Notes: generated from the sequence alone by a model not told the origin. Counted from the stretch's first letter, positions 39,473 to 47,930 are shown. The stretch is DNA of 64,000 nt from a virus (IMGVR_UViG_3300035698_017726:50833-114832), one strand, 5' to 3'. A program made the numbers and translations.

Positions 39473-39578
39473 GCGTGGGTAGCTCAAGGAGGCGCCAGGC
39501 TTCGGGCCTGGATTGCCGTGGTAGAGCGCTCGACTGACCGTCGAGAGGTTGGGGGTTCGAACCCTTCCCCACGCACCA
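39473..39578 (+). ncRNA. Atypical tRNA-like RNA with ~30-nt D-loop hairpin insertion
   Basis: GCGTGGG/CCCACGC-ACCA; insert CCAGGC-TTCG-GGCCTGG; loop CTGACCG. Confidence 0.7.
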
Positions 39579-39584
39579 TTTTCT

Positions 39585-39669
39585 GCGCCGGTAGCTCAGT
39601 GGCTAGAGCACCAGTCGTCCTTCGGGGCTTGGCTGGAGGGCGGGGGTTCGAATCCTCCCCGGCGCACCA
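39585..39669 (+). ncRNA. Anticodon-less tRNA-like RNA (arm capped by UUCG)
   Basis: GCGCCGG/CCGGCGC-ACCA; arm CCAGTC GTCC TTCG GGGC TT GGCTGG. Confidence 0.7.
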
Positions 39670-39671
39670 TT

Positions 39672-39917
39672 TCAGAGAAGAACGAGTTTGCCCTCTTTCA
39701 CGAGGTCCCGTTCTCGAATCTCTGCGAGCTCCAGCTGTACTCTCTTCCCGACCAGCGCCGTTTGTGTGCCTGCCAAATGGTCCTCCAGTCGCCTAATGTC
39801 GCCCTTCAGTCGCTCATTGGGCGCGATGAAGTCCGCTGCTCGGAGGCTCGTGAACTTGCTCCCCGGCAAAGGCGTTCTGAGGGACTCTACGGAAACGCTA
39901 CCTATTTTCGCCATCAA
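39672..39917 (-). CDS. Hypothetical protein
   Basis: GGAGGA RBS, 81 aa. Confidence 0.45.
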   Translation of the reverse strand: MMAKIGSVSVESLRTPLPGSKFTSLRAADFIAPNERLKGDIRRLEDHLAGTQTALVGKRVQLELAEIRERDLVKEGKLVLL

Positions 39918-39934
39918 TCCTCCAGAGGCACTCT

Positions 39935-40312
39935 ATGGATAAGCTCTACATCGTAGTGAAGGAATCTCTCCACCCCGGTCTCAAGATTGCTCAGGCCTGT
40001 CATGGTCTTAGGCTCTTCGGCGACCGCTATCCCGACATCGATGCAAAGTGGTACGAGGAGTCCAACAACCTCGTCATCCTCCAGGCCACTGACATCGGGG
40101 AGCTCGCTGACTCTCTCGAAGGTAGGGGCCTGAAGGTCTCCAGGTTCTTCGAACCCGACCTAAAGAACGCGCTGACGGCTATCGCTGTTGAGCCTAGTGG
40201 CGGTAGGTATCTCTCCCACCTGCCCCTGGCATCCAACAAGATGGTCGTTCAGTCCAAGCCTGCTGTGCCTCTTTCGTTTTCGGGCAGAGTGGCTTGGCTT
40301 TTCGGAATGTAA
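39935..40312 (+). CDS. Peptidyl-tRNA hydrolase, PTH2-like
   Basis: KLYIVV...L.PG.KIAQACH...W......VIL...F.EPDL...LTAIA....LS.LPL. Confidence 0.85.
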   Translation: MDKLYIVVKESLHPGLKIAQACHGLRLFGDRYPDIDAKWYEESNNLVILQATDIGELADSLEGRGLKVSRFFEPDLKNALTAIAVEPSGGRYLSHLPLASNKMVVQSKPAVPLSFSGRVAWLFGM

Positions 40313-40313
40313 A

Positions 40314-40387
40314 TGGAGCGGGTAGTCAGACTCGAACTGACTTCTCCAGCTTGGAAGGCTGGGGCACAACCCATATACCATACCCGC
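40314..40387 (-). tRNA. tRNA-Gly(TCC)
   Basis: Loop CT-TCC-AA, U73. Confidence 0.9.
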
Positions 40388-40417
40388 TCGGGTAGTCTAT
40401 TTGGCTTAACGCTATGA

Positions 40418-40494
40418 TGGAGCCCACGCTCGGATTCAAACCGAGGACCTATGGTTTACAAAACCAGTGCTCTGATCAACTGAGCTACGCGGGC
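40418..40494 (-). tRNA. tRNA-Thr(TGT)
   Basis: Loop TT-TGT-AA. Confidence 0.88.
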
Positions 40495-40499
40495 TAAAG

Positions 40500-40574
40500 T
40501 GGAGCCGAAGGTCAGATTTGAACTGACGACCTCTTCCTTACCAAGGAAGCGCTCTACCCCTGAGCTACGACGGC
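40500..40574 (-). tRNA. tRNA-Thr(GGT)
   Basis: Loop TT-GGT-AA. Confidence 0.92.
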
Positions 40575-40730
40575 TTATCTTCTCCCTAAGATCTCTATAG
40601 CCTTTCTTCGCATCAGTTCCGCTTTGCAGAGCAGGAAAAGGGCAGTCATCCGGCCATGGTCTGGAATGGCGGCGGTATGTATCCCTCTGAACGCGTTCAG
40701 GGCGTTTACTACTCGTTCTGCCTCTTATGA

Positions 40731-40806
40731 TGGAGCCCCGAGTCAGATTTGAACTGACGGCCCGCTGCTTACGAAGCAGCCACTCTGACCACTGAGTTAC
40801 CGGGGC
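40731..40806 (-). tRNA. tRNA-Thr(CGT)
   Basis: Loop TT-CGT-AA. Confidence 0.92.
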
Positions 40807-40813
40807 CTAATCG

Positions 40814-41089
40814 TCAGTAGGGCAGATCTTCTCTATCGAACTCTTCCTGCGGCGTCCCTTCTCTCTGATAAGAGGTATCTTGCCGTGGAGCTGCTGGCGT
40901 AATATTGCCGAGAAGTCGATTCAGAAGCCTGTTATCACTGACCATGAAGATGTTGAGTCTGCTCTGGTCAGTCTTATCGGGCCCCATGTGGATCTTAATG
41001 CTGCCTAGCAGTCCAAATTCCAAGTAGCCCGAGTATCCACCCCGTTTAGTCTTCCACATTGCGCCCACACGGGCCCATTTCGTTGCCAT
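40814..41089 (-). CDS. Hypothetical protein (OB-like start, acidic ...DLPY tail)
   Basis: VGAMWK...YSGYLE; acidic C-terminus. Confidence 0.5.
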   Translation of the reverse strand: MATKWARVGAMWKTKRGGYSGYLEFGLLGSIKIHMGPDKTDQSRLNIFMVSDNRLLNRLLGNITPAAPRQDTSYQREGTPQEEFDREDLPY

Positions 41090-41098
41090 GTTTCTCCC

Positions 41099-41169
41099 TG
41101 GAGCGGCCGAAGGGCGACGATCCCTCTACCTCGGCAAGGCGGCGCTCTACCAGCGTGAGCTACGGCCGC
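41099..41169 (-). pseudogene. Degenerate/short tRNA-Gly(GCC)
   Basis: GCGGCCG/CGGCCGC-TCCA, TTGCC present but about 5-6 nt missing from the anticodon 3' strand/variable loop; atypical T loop. Confidence 0.65.
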
Positions 41170-41180
41170 TCAAAGTAAGA

Positions 41181-41254
41181 TGGTTGCGGGAGCGAGATTT
41201 GAACTCGCGTACCAAGGGTATGAGCCTCGTGAGTGGCCACTACTCTATCCCGCG
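41181..41254 (-). tRNA. tRNA-fMet(CAT), initiator-like
   Basis: C1:A72 mismatch, CGCGGG start, loop CT-CAT-AC. Confidence 0.85.
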
Positions 41255-41313
41255 ACACATCTAAAATGGGAGCACTCCAGTAAAGGTACAGCTCCCGTAG
41301 GTTTCTGTCAAAT

Positions 41314-41395
41314 TGGTGGGAAGAGGCAGCGGTAAAACTGCCCCAGGTCGCTGTCGACTTAGCGCCTGTCGACATATAGCGCCTGTTTTCTTCCC
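41314..41395 (-). ncRNA. D-armless tRNA-like RNA with CCA end
   Basis: GGGAAGA/TCTTCCC-ACCA; T-like arm GGCAG/CTGCC; one long irregular stem in place of the D and anticodon arms. Confidence 0.55.
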
Positions 41396-41400
41396 ATAAA

Positions 41401-41477
41401 TGGTCGGGGCGACTGGATTCGAACCAGCGACCACCTGACCCCCAGTCAGGTGCGCTACCAAACTGCGCCACGCCCCG
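41401..41477 (-). tRNA. tRNA-Pro(GGG)
   Basis: Loop CT-GGG-GG. Confidence 0.93.
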
Positions 41478-41478
41478 A

Positions 41479-41820
41479 TTATCTCTCGTAAAGAATCCCT
41501 ATGGTCTCGCAGATACGCTGGAGCTTCTGCTCGTTACCTTCTCTCTGGTGCTGAATCCATACCGCGTCAATCTTACCGCAGTGAGATGAATCACTCCGAT
41601 AGCGGTAGTGGTCTTCCTTTGCGACTCCGTCTTCGTCCATGATGCGCTGGTACTCGATGATCGAGTTGAACTCGTCTCCGACCTTTGCATTTGTCTTCCA
41701 GCCAGGAAGTTGCGCTTGATTGCCGTAGTATCTGCTCTCAATGCCGGTAACTCTGTGGAACCCTGGGTAGAAGGCGACGATGATGTCGCCTTCTACCAGG
41801 TCCTGATCGAACTCACTCAC
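41479..41820 (-). CDS. Hypothetical protein
   Basis: 113-aa ORF. Confidence 0.5.
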   Translation of the reverse strand: MSEFDQDLVEGDIIVAFYPGFHRVTGIESRYYGNQAQLPGWKTNAKVGDEFNSIIEYQRIMDEDGVAKEDHYRYRSDSSHCGKIDAVWIQHQREGNEQKLQRICETIGILYER

Positions 41821-41823
41821 TCA

Positions 41824-42639
41824 CTAGAACTTCACCTTCTTGATGAGCTCTATGGTGTAGCCAGCCTCGTCGAGGACGAAGCGCGAGAAGACTTCGTCTT
41901 CAATCAGCTGCCTGCCGACGGCGATGTAGTCCTCGAGGGTGAGCTCGCTGTCGGGGATGATCCTGACTGTCGGAGCCTCGAGGGCCAGTTCCGCAATCTT
42001 CTCCAACCGGGCCAGTGCGTCGACAGGCACGAGCTTGAAGCCTTTGGGAACGACCGAAGCACCTTCGGACGGAGAGGCTGTACTGTCCAGCTTGGCCCTG
42101 AGGGCCAAGATCTCTTCGTTCGCCAGCTCGACCTCCTTTCTGGGCTCCGCCTTCGAACGCCGGGACTTGGCGGTCTTCTTCTTGGGAGGAACCGGAGGCG
42201 GAACCTTGCCCGCTGCCTGGCTCGCTCTCTTCTCGTCTTCCTGGGCATGACGGGCAGCACTGAGACGTGCCCGACGGCTCTTCCACTTCTCGAGGTCAGC
42301 CTTGGAGACGCCCTGCATCCCCATGGCGCTTAGTTCCTTCTCTTCGTGGAAGGTTTTCTTGCCTTCGCTGACGCAGAAGGCCTTGAAGGTCGGGTAGTGA
42401 ACGCCTAGAAGCTTGGTGTTCACGGGAACGATGCCCAGCATCTCCCAGGCGTCCGGCCTCAGACGCTCGAAGCGGCTGTACGAGCACGTCACCGGGTCTT
42501 CGGGATTGTGCTCGTTCCTGTTGAGGAGGTGACGCGTCAGCGCGCCGTAGAGGTGCTGTCCCTTGAGCCAGGGCCACTTCATCAGTACTTCGGTCAGATG
42601 GACGAGAGTCTCGTCCGGAGTCAAGTTTCTTGGCTTCAC
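41824..42639 (-). CDS. Hypothetical protein
   Basis: GTG start after AGGGAG; biased codon usage. Confidence 0.6.
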   Translation of the reverse strand: MKPRNLTPDETLVHLTEVLMKWPWLKGQHLYGALTRHLLNRNEHNPEDPVTCSYSRFERLRPDAWEMLGIVPVNTKLLGVHYPTFKAFCVSEGKKTFHEEKELSAMGMQGVSKADLEKWKSRRARLSAARHAQEDEKRASQAAGKVPPPVPPKKKTAKSRRSKAEPRKEVELANEEILALRAKLDSTASPSEGASVVPKGFKLVPVDALARLEKIAELALEAPTVRIIPDSELTLEDYIAVGRQLIEDEVFSRFVLDEAGYTIELIKKVKF

Positions 42640-42658
42640 AGTATCTCCCTTGTGAAGT

Positions 42659-42735
42659 TGGTGGCTGCAGGCAGAATTGAACTGCCGACCTGCGGGGTAT
42701 GAGTCCGCCGCTCTATCCAACTGAGCTACACAGCC
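42659..42735 (-). tRNA. tRNA-Met(CAT), elongator
   Basis: GGCT start, loop CT-CAT-AC. Confidence 0.85.
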
Positions 42736-43445
42736 GTGGTTTCCGCATGCCACATGACCTTCTGGCCACAGCACACAAACTTGGTACCTTGTATGTTCCA
42801 GGAGCCCAGGAGGTGATGATGTCCGAACGCCCACAGCCTTGGTACGTGGCTGGAGTTCCTGACGACATTATCGAACATCCGGGGTACTGGTTCTGATTCT
42901 CTGCTGGAGTTGTTGTACTTCAGCGGTACTATCAGTGGGCAGTCATGGGTGACGACTACTTCTGGCTTCAGTTTGTCGTAGAGCTGAAAGAACTCATCCC
43001 ACTCTGCATGGGTAGGTTGCTCATACGCCCACCAGCTTTGCCCCTCGACTCTGTACATCTTGTCGATGCTTCTGGCTCCTCCGAAGAAGAGATGAGAGAC
43101 GCCACAGATATACAGTGGCGTAGGGCGCGTAGCCCATTCACATCCGGGAGCGAGTACCACGAGACCGTCATCTTCCTCTGGCGGTTTCTGCTGTTCATCT
43201 CTGAGTCTGCACCAGACGTCGTAGTTTTCGTGATTGCCTCCGCATGTAGTCCAGGTTGGGCCGTCTCGACCTTGCCGAGCTCGCTTGATGAAGTACCTCT
43301 TCAGCTTGTCGGAGGGATTCCAGTGGATGCCTAGGTCCCCGACCTGAACGATGTGCTTCACTCCTTCTCGGGTAGCGAGCTCATCGATCTTTGCCAGGTC
43401 CTCTATGTCCCCATGAATGTCCCCCACGTACCAGATGGTTTCCAT
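42726..43445 (-). CDS. Metallophosphoesterase (calcineurin-like)
   Basis: GDIHG, GD, GNHE, THD, GHHH. Confidence 0.9.
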   Translation of the reverse strand: METIWYVGDIHGDIEDLAKIDELATREGVKHIVQVGDLGIHWNPSDKLKRYFIKRARQGRDGPTWTTCGGNHENYDVWCRLRDEQQKPPEEDDGLVVLAPGCEWATRPTPLYICGVSHLFFGGARSIDKMYRVEGQSWWAYEQPTHAEWDEFFQLYDKLKPEVVVTHDCPLIVPLKYNNSSRESEPVPRMFDNVVRNSSHVPRLWAFGHHHLLGSWNIQGTKFVCCGQKVMWHAETTAV

Positions 43446-43459
43446 TGTCCGCTCCTAAA

Positions 43460-43534
43460 TGGTTGGGGTGGTAGGATTCGAACCCACGAATAGCGGGACC
43501 AAAACCCGCCGGCTTACCACTTGCCGACACCCCA
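43460..43534 (-). tRNA. tRNA-Gln(TTG)
   Basis: Loop TT-TTG-GT, U1-A72. Confidence 0.9.
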
Positions 43535-43541
43535 AAAGTAA

Positions 43542-43701
43542 AGTCTCCCGCGACCAGTGTGCGTCTTGCCTAAGGACGCGAGAGCAGCAGTTCTCCAGGC
43601 CCTACTCCGGACATAGGACGAGGTCCGTCGTGCCGCTTCGCTTGTGTCCGCTCTTTCAAGGATGGCTGCATCGGCCTACCTCCTCGCCGCAGACGGAGAC
43701 T
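43542..43701 (-). ncRNA. Structured ncRNA resembling the 23S rRNA GTPase-associated centre (H42-H44)
   Basis: Terminal stem AGTCTCC/GGAGACT; core GCGAGGAGGTAGGC-CGATGCA-GCCATCCTTGAAAGAG...CACTGGTCG. Confidence 0.6.
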
Positions 43702-43702
43702 A

Positions 43703-43778
43703 TGGTGATCCCAGGGGGAATTGAACCCACCATTGTCGAGATGAAAGCCCGATGTCCTGTCCGTTAGACGATGGGACC
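43703..43778 (-). tRNA. tRNA-Glu(TTC)
   Basis: Loop CT-TTC-AT. Confidence 0.9.
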
Positions 43779-43785
43779 ACAGTTC

Positions 43786-44049
43786 TTATGTCTGTTTCGA
43801 CGCGCCGATGAAGTCCTTGAGGATCTCAGCGTGCGTCTTCTCCTTGCTGAAGTTGGGCAGCTTCCGGATGTCGAACTCTTGTAGGGAGTTCACGCCTTCT
43901 GGGTCATCTGTGTAGAACCATATCGAAGGCCACTGCTGTGCCGAGTGGTAGATCGGGGCATGTCCCCGGAGGCTCACTGCCATCTCCGGCTTCTCCGGCT
44001 TCTTGTATGGGATCTGTTTGCCTCGGTAGCTCAAGCTGTACCTCGTCAT
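43786..44049 (-). CDS. Hypothetical protein
   Basis: 87-aa ORF. Confidence 0.45.
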   Translation of the reverse strand: MTRYSLSYRGKQIPYKKPEKPEMAVSLRGHAPIYHSAQQWPSIWFYTDDPEGVNSLQEFDIRKLPNFSKEKTHAEILKDFIGASKQT

Positions 44050-44178
44050 GGATGATGTTGAGTAGGCTGTGCTCCCTGCCTACGCGTTCTACTAAGCCAG
44101 CGAGCTCGAGGTCGCTGATGGTGGATGCTGCCAGGCTCTGGGGAGCCCAATAGACTCTGTTCCCCTTGCTGTGGATGA

Positions 44179-44367
44179 TCACAGGTTCACCTTTCTCGGC
44201 GCCTTGTTGGGGTGAATCTGCTGCAGATTGAAGTTGATGTCGTCGCTGAGTCCCCACGCTCCAGCCAGCGCTGCCTTGACGCCTCTGGCGATCATCCTGG
44301 CCGCTACGTCATCTACCGCTGGGAACCTAAAGCGTACGCTCAGGAGGTAGGATCTTTTGCCGGACAT
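44179..44367 (-). CDS. Hypothetical protein
   Basis: 62-aa ORF with RBS. Confidence 0.4.
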   Translation of the reverse strand: MSGKRSYLLSVRFRFPAVDDVAARMIARGVKAALAGAWGLSDDINFNLQQIHPNKAPRKVNL

Positions 44368-44540
44368 ATAGTCAGCCTCTCCTGCAGTGCTTGGTCTAGG
44401 AGTTCCTCGGACAGCCCCATAACCAGTACCAGTTTCCGGAGGATGATGTTCTGCCTCCTGAGGTCGGGCACATAGCTGAAGTCCCCTGGGAACTGGTCTC
44501 CGTTGTAGACTTCCTCGAACTCTTCTTCAGTGACTATCAT
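44340..44540 (-). CDS. Hypothetical protein
   Basis: GGGAGAG RBS, 66 aa. Confidence 0.45.
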   Translation of the reverse strand: MIVTEEEFEEVYNGDQFPGDFSYVPDLRRQNIILRKLVLVMGLSEELLDQALQERLTICPAKDPTS

Positions 44541-44558
44541 GTTCTCTCCCGTAAATAA

Positions 44559-44635
44559 TGGCACCCCAGAGAGGACTTGAACCTCTGGCCTACTGATTAG
44601 GAATCAGTTGCTCTATCCAACTGAGCTACTGGGGC
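44559..44635 (-). tRNA. tRNA-Arg(CCT)
   Basis: Loop TT-CCT-AA. Confidence 0.93.
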
Positions 44636-44644
44636 ACACTGTCC

Positions 44645-44857
44645 TTATGACAGGTCTTCTTCCCCCTCGCTGTCGAGCTCTACGTTGTCGTAGCAGAACT
44701 CGAGGCCCTCAGCGAGGTGAAAGGCATCCGCCTTGCGACGGGCTATCCGGAGCATCTTCCGCCTTGCGGAGGAACCGGGGGGTGGAGCACAGCATGGACA
44801 TTTCATTCCACCTGGGCCAGTGAGGATTAGCTTCTTAGCTACGTCATAGTTCGTCAT
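44645..44857 (-). CDS. Small hypothetical protein (GPGG.KCPCC motif)
   Basis: 70-aa ORF. Confidence 0.5.
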   Translation of the reverse strand: MTNYDVAKKLILTGPGGMKCPCCAPPPGSSARRKMLRIARRKADAFHLAEGLEFCYDNVELDSEGEEDLS

Positions 44858-44927
44858 GTTAGGTATTACCGTCGGTAGGCGGAAGTGCCTTCAAAGTCGG
44901 TAAAAGTACTGATGCACCCTCATGATT

Positions 44928-45425
44928 TCATTCTCCCGTATCTTCCTCCACTTCTTGTGGAGGGAGTCTCATGATTAGCGGCCTTGGAAGCATGATAGAA
45001 GGATAAGTCTCTTCATGCATCGTGCCAGTATCCACGGGGACCACAAAGTCAGGCGCTGGAGTTGGTGCCGGTGTCGATTCGGGCTGGGGAGCGGACCAAG
45101 CTGGTTGAGCTGCTGTCGTTGATGGCGACGAGCCTATCGCGGGTATGACAGGAGCTTCCACTGTTTCCACTGCCTCTGCCGGAACGTCCATCGGTATGCC
45201 CTCCGTAGAGCCTCCGAAGACCCCGAAGAAGTCGAGTTTCATACTGATGCCGAGCACTCCGGCAAAGAGAAGGAAGAGTCCACCTAAGACGCAGGCAAAG
45301 AGCCTGATCGGGGACTTCTTCTCTTGCGAAGAGTTCGACTGCTGTTCTTTGATGACGTCCAGAAGCTCCCGTACTGGGTCGTGTCCCTCACTGTGGGCTT
45401 CTGGGTCTTTGATATCCTTAGGCAT
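44928..45425 (-). CDS. Membrane protein with Pro/Thr-rich tail
   Basis: AAGGAGG RBS; single transmembrane helix. Confidence 0.6.
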   Translation of the reverse strand: MPKDIKDPEAHSEGHDPVRELLDVIKEQQSNSSQEKKSPIRLFACVLGGLFLLFAGVLGISMKLDFFGVFGGSTEGIPMDVPAEAVETVEAPVIPAIGSSPSTTAAQPAWSAPQPESTPAPTPAPDFVVPVDTGTMHEETYPSIMLPRPLIMRLPPQEVEEDTGE

Positions 45426-45452
45426 GATACCTCCTTGAAGGAGTATATCTGA

Positions 45453-45529
45453 TGGTCCGGGTAACAGGACTTGAACCTGTGGCCTCCTGCTCCCGAAGCA
45501 GGCGCTCTACCTGACTGAGCTACACCCGG
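45453..45529 (-). tRNA. tRNA-Pro(CGG)
   Basis: Loop TT-CGG-GA. Confidence 0.92.
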
Positions 45530-45532
45530 AAA

Positions 45533-45610
45533 TGGTTGAGACGCTAGGATTCGAACCTAGGAATAACGGGATCAGAACCCGCTGGCTTAACCGGACTTGC
45601 CTACGTCTCA
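45533..45610 (-). tRNA. tRNA-Gln(CTG)
   Basis: Loop TT-CTG-AT. Confidence 0.9.
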
Positions 45611-45640
45611 ATAATGGTCCTTACCTCTCAAAGCCTAAGA

Positions 45641-45717
45641 TGGTGGGACTGAGTAGATTTGAACTACCGACTTCCTGCTTATCAGGCAAGCGCTCTAACC
45701 AACTGAGCTACAGTCCC
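45641..45717 (-). tRNA. tRNA-Ile(GAT)
   Basis: Loop CT-GAT-AA. Confidence 0.93.
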
Positions 45718-45776
45718 GAGTTGCCGGGGTTTAAGGTCCTTTGCCGGAAGGACATAGCACAGGTTTGACGCTGTGA

Positions 45777-45854
45777 TGGGGTGAGTAGGGGGATTCGAAC
45801 CCCTCAGCCTCTCGGACCACAACCGAGCGCTCTACCTAATGAGCTTTACCCACC
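45777..45854 (-). tRNA. tRNA-His(GTG)
   Basis: Loop TT-GTG-GT, G-1:C73. Confidence 0.9.
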
Positions 45855-45862
45855 ATAGTTAA

Positions 45863-45937
45863 AGGATGACCGGTAGGTTTCGAAGCCTACATTGTACCGG
45901 CGACGGCCGGGTGCTTTGCGCTATTAAGCTACGGTCA
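45863..45937 (-). pseudogene. Degenerate tRNA-like element (4-nt anticodon loop CGTC)
   Basis: TGACCG/CGGTCA, D stem GCTT/AAGC, CCGGC/GCCGG, GTAGG/CCTAC; no CCA. Confidence 0.5.
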
Positions 45938-45938
45938 A

Positions 45939-46014
45939 TGGCTGGACCTCTCGGACTTGAACCGAGGACAAACGGATTAACAGTCCGCTACTCTGCCAAC
46001 TGAGTTAAGGTCCA
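45939..46014 (-). tRNA. tRNA-Asn(GTT)
   Basis: Loop CT-GTT-AA, G73. Confidence 0.92.
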
Positions 46015-46027
46015 ACAAGAAAAGGGA

Positions 46028-46194
46028 TGAGGGAAACACGAGTTACGTACACGGCATTTGGCGTTGCGGAGGCACGAACGCTAATGTTCTCCGTGTACTC
46101 AGTAGCGGCAGGAAACTTTGGCCTCTCTGGCGCCCTGCTTCGCTCTTTGTTTACTCGCGCTCTTTACTCGGGGCTGCATACCCAAAGTCCCTCA
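46028..46194 (-). ncRNA. Unknown multi-stem structured RNA candidate
   Basis: TGAGGGA/TCCCTCA closing stem, GCGAGT/ACTCGT, GTACACGG/CCGTGTAC, GCAGG/CCTGC; lies between tRNAs. Confidence 0.45.
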
Positions 46195-46195
46195 A

Positions 46196-46272
46196 TGGTA
46201 CTCCCGACGGGACTCGAACCCGCAGCCTTCGGCGTGAGAGGCCGACGATCTAGCCGATTAATCTACAGGAGC
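46196..46272 (-). tRNA. tRNA-Glu(CTC)
   Basis: Loop CT-CTC-AC. Confidence 0.9.
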
Positions 46273-46279
46273 ACGCTGT

Positions 46280-47050
46280 CTATCCTTCGAGCAGTTTCAC
46301 TCTTCCCTGGAGTGCGCCCGCTACGGAGGCGAGGTGGGCCTGGAGCTCGGAGCTCGAGGTCAGCGCCTGCTTGGTGAGCTCGACGGTGACAACCCTGGAG
46401 ATCTCATCTGGGTCGTCGATGAGCTTGTTCAGTTTGCTTTTCTTCGTGAAGAGCTCTTCGAGGTGCTCGGTTCTCCAGTCGATGAGCGCCTGGGCCTCTT
46501 TTTGCTCTTCCGGTGTGACGGGCATCTTGAGCGAGCGAAGAACGCACTCAGGCAGCAAGGCCCCGAGATGAGGGACGGTCACGTTTTCGTCCTCGTCCTC
46601 GCCCTCTATCTCGCTGATAGAGATCGTCCATACCTTCGGAATTCCCCACCTCAGCCCATCGCTGATATGTCTTCTGTGGGTCCCGAAGGTGTGAACGAAC
46701 CAGTACTGGGGCCCAACGTAGTACCTGTTGTCGTCGTCCTGGTCCACGTACGAGGTACAGAGTGCGCGCTCCATGTTCGTGGTCCAGGTAGGAGTCTTGA
46801 ACTTCTTCTCGATGGAGAGGGACAAGACAACGGTGTAGGCTTTGATCAGATCGTTGATGGGGCCACGGTACTCCTCGTCAGCCCGATTCTTGAGCTTCTT
46901 CATGAGGGCCCTGATGCGGTTGAACAGCTCCCTGTCTTTCACATCGATCTGAGCTTTGACGTCGACGAGCTCAGCTTTGAGCTGAATCATGTACTGGTCG
47001 GCCAGTAAAGTCGCTACATCGCTATTGCTGATGACAATCTTCGTGTCCAT
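46280..47050 (-). CDS. Hypothetical coiled-coil protein
   Basis: 256-aa ORF. Confidence 0.6.
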   Translation of the reverse strand: MDTKIVISNSDVATLLADQYMIQLKAELVDVKAQIDVKDRELFNRIRALMKKLKNRADEEYRGPINDLIKAYTVVLSLSIEKKFKTPTWTTNMERALCTSYVDQDDDNRYYVGPQYWFVHTFGTHRRHISDGLRWGIPKVWTISISEIEGEDEDENVTVPHLGALLPECVLRSLKMPVTPEEQKEAQALIDWRTEHLEELFTKKSKLNKLIDDPDEISRVVTVELTKQALTSSSELQAHLASVAGALQGRVKLLEG

Positions 47051-47839
47051 TTATCGGTTTCTCCGGCGAGCCTTACGGTCGCCCGGTGAGTGTGTTCTGA
47101 AGCTGTGCTTGTCGAAGCCCTTGGAGTGCGCTTTCAGCTCATCGCTGATGGGCGCTGGAGGGTCGACCTGCCTAGCCATGTTGTTTCCGAGGAACATGTC
47201 CAGTTCCTGGAAGGTAGCCCACGTATCCACCTCTGCTTGGAACCCCAGCGGCTTGAGCGGAGGGTTCAGGATGATGGTGGGCCCACTGTGGTCACGGCTT
47301 ACCTGGATTACGGGCGCTTCAAACTCCCTGAAGAGCTCGTCAGGTACTTGCTGTGACTGATACTTCTCTACCCATCTGTTCCAGCCCGCAGCGTTGAAAG
47401 GGTACTCCCTCCAGCTGTTGGGCGTCTTTTCTCTCTGACTTTCGAACCACTTCTTACCCAGTGGCCGACGTCCCCATCGGTTGACCAGTCCGTGTTCCTG
47501 GGCGGTGTCGAGGATGAGCTCCGGTGAGGCACTGGCCAAAGAGATAGGAGTCTGTCTGCAGTCTACTTCCTGGTTGGCCTCGAAGGAGTACCAGCCGTAG
47601 ATTCTGCCGCAGAAGAGGACCAGTCTCCGTCTACACACTCCGGTCAGGTCGTTGGGGAATCCCGGCATAGCGCCGAACATGTCGTGGTAGGGCTTGAGCA
47701 TTGGCCAAATCTTCCGGAGGGCCGGGCCATCATTGGCGTCGCCAGCGCTGATGATTTTCTTGTGTCTCAGGTACACCAGCCGGTCAGTGGGGTCCTGGCA
47801 TCCGTCGTAGAAGTCTCTGTGCTTGCTAATGATCCTCAT
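47051..47839 (-). CDS. Phage-type hypothetical protein
   Basis: MRIISK.RDFYDG start, KGFDK.SFR end. Confidence 0.65.
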   Translation of the reverse strand: MRIISKHRDFYDGCQDPTDRLVYLRHKKIISAGDANDGPALRKIWPMLKPYHDMFGAMPGFPNDLTGVCRRRLVLFCGRIYGWYSFEANQEVDCRQTPISLASASPELILDTAQEHGLVNRWGRRPLGKKWFESQREKTPNSWREYPFNAAGWNRWVEKYQSQQVPDELFREFEAPVIQVSRDHSGPTIILNPPLKPLGFQAEVDTWATFQELDMFLGNNMARQVDPPAPISDELKAHSKGFDKHSFRTHSPGDRKARRRNR

Positions 47840-47854
47840 GCTGTCCTCATTGAA

Positions 47855-47930
47855 TGGTCGGGGTGACTGGATTCGAACCAGCGACCCCCTGCTCCCAAAG
47901 CAGGTGCGCTACCAACTGCGCCACACCCCG
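47855..47930 (-). tRNA. tRNA-Pro(TGG)
   Basis: Loop TT-TGG-GA. Confidence 0.94.

Noticed and set aside
43542-43701. A true rRNA gene fragment or contamination
   Set aside because: Similarity is limited to about 45 nt, is interrupted by a novel insert, and is enclosed by its own terminal stem between phage tRNAs; reported as a possible mimic instead.
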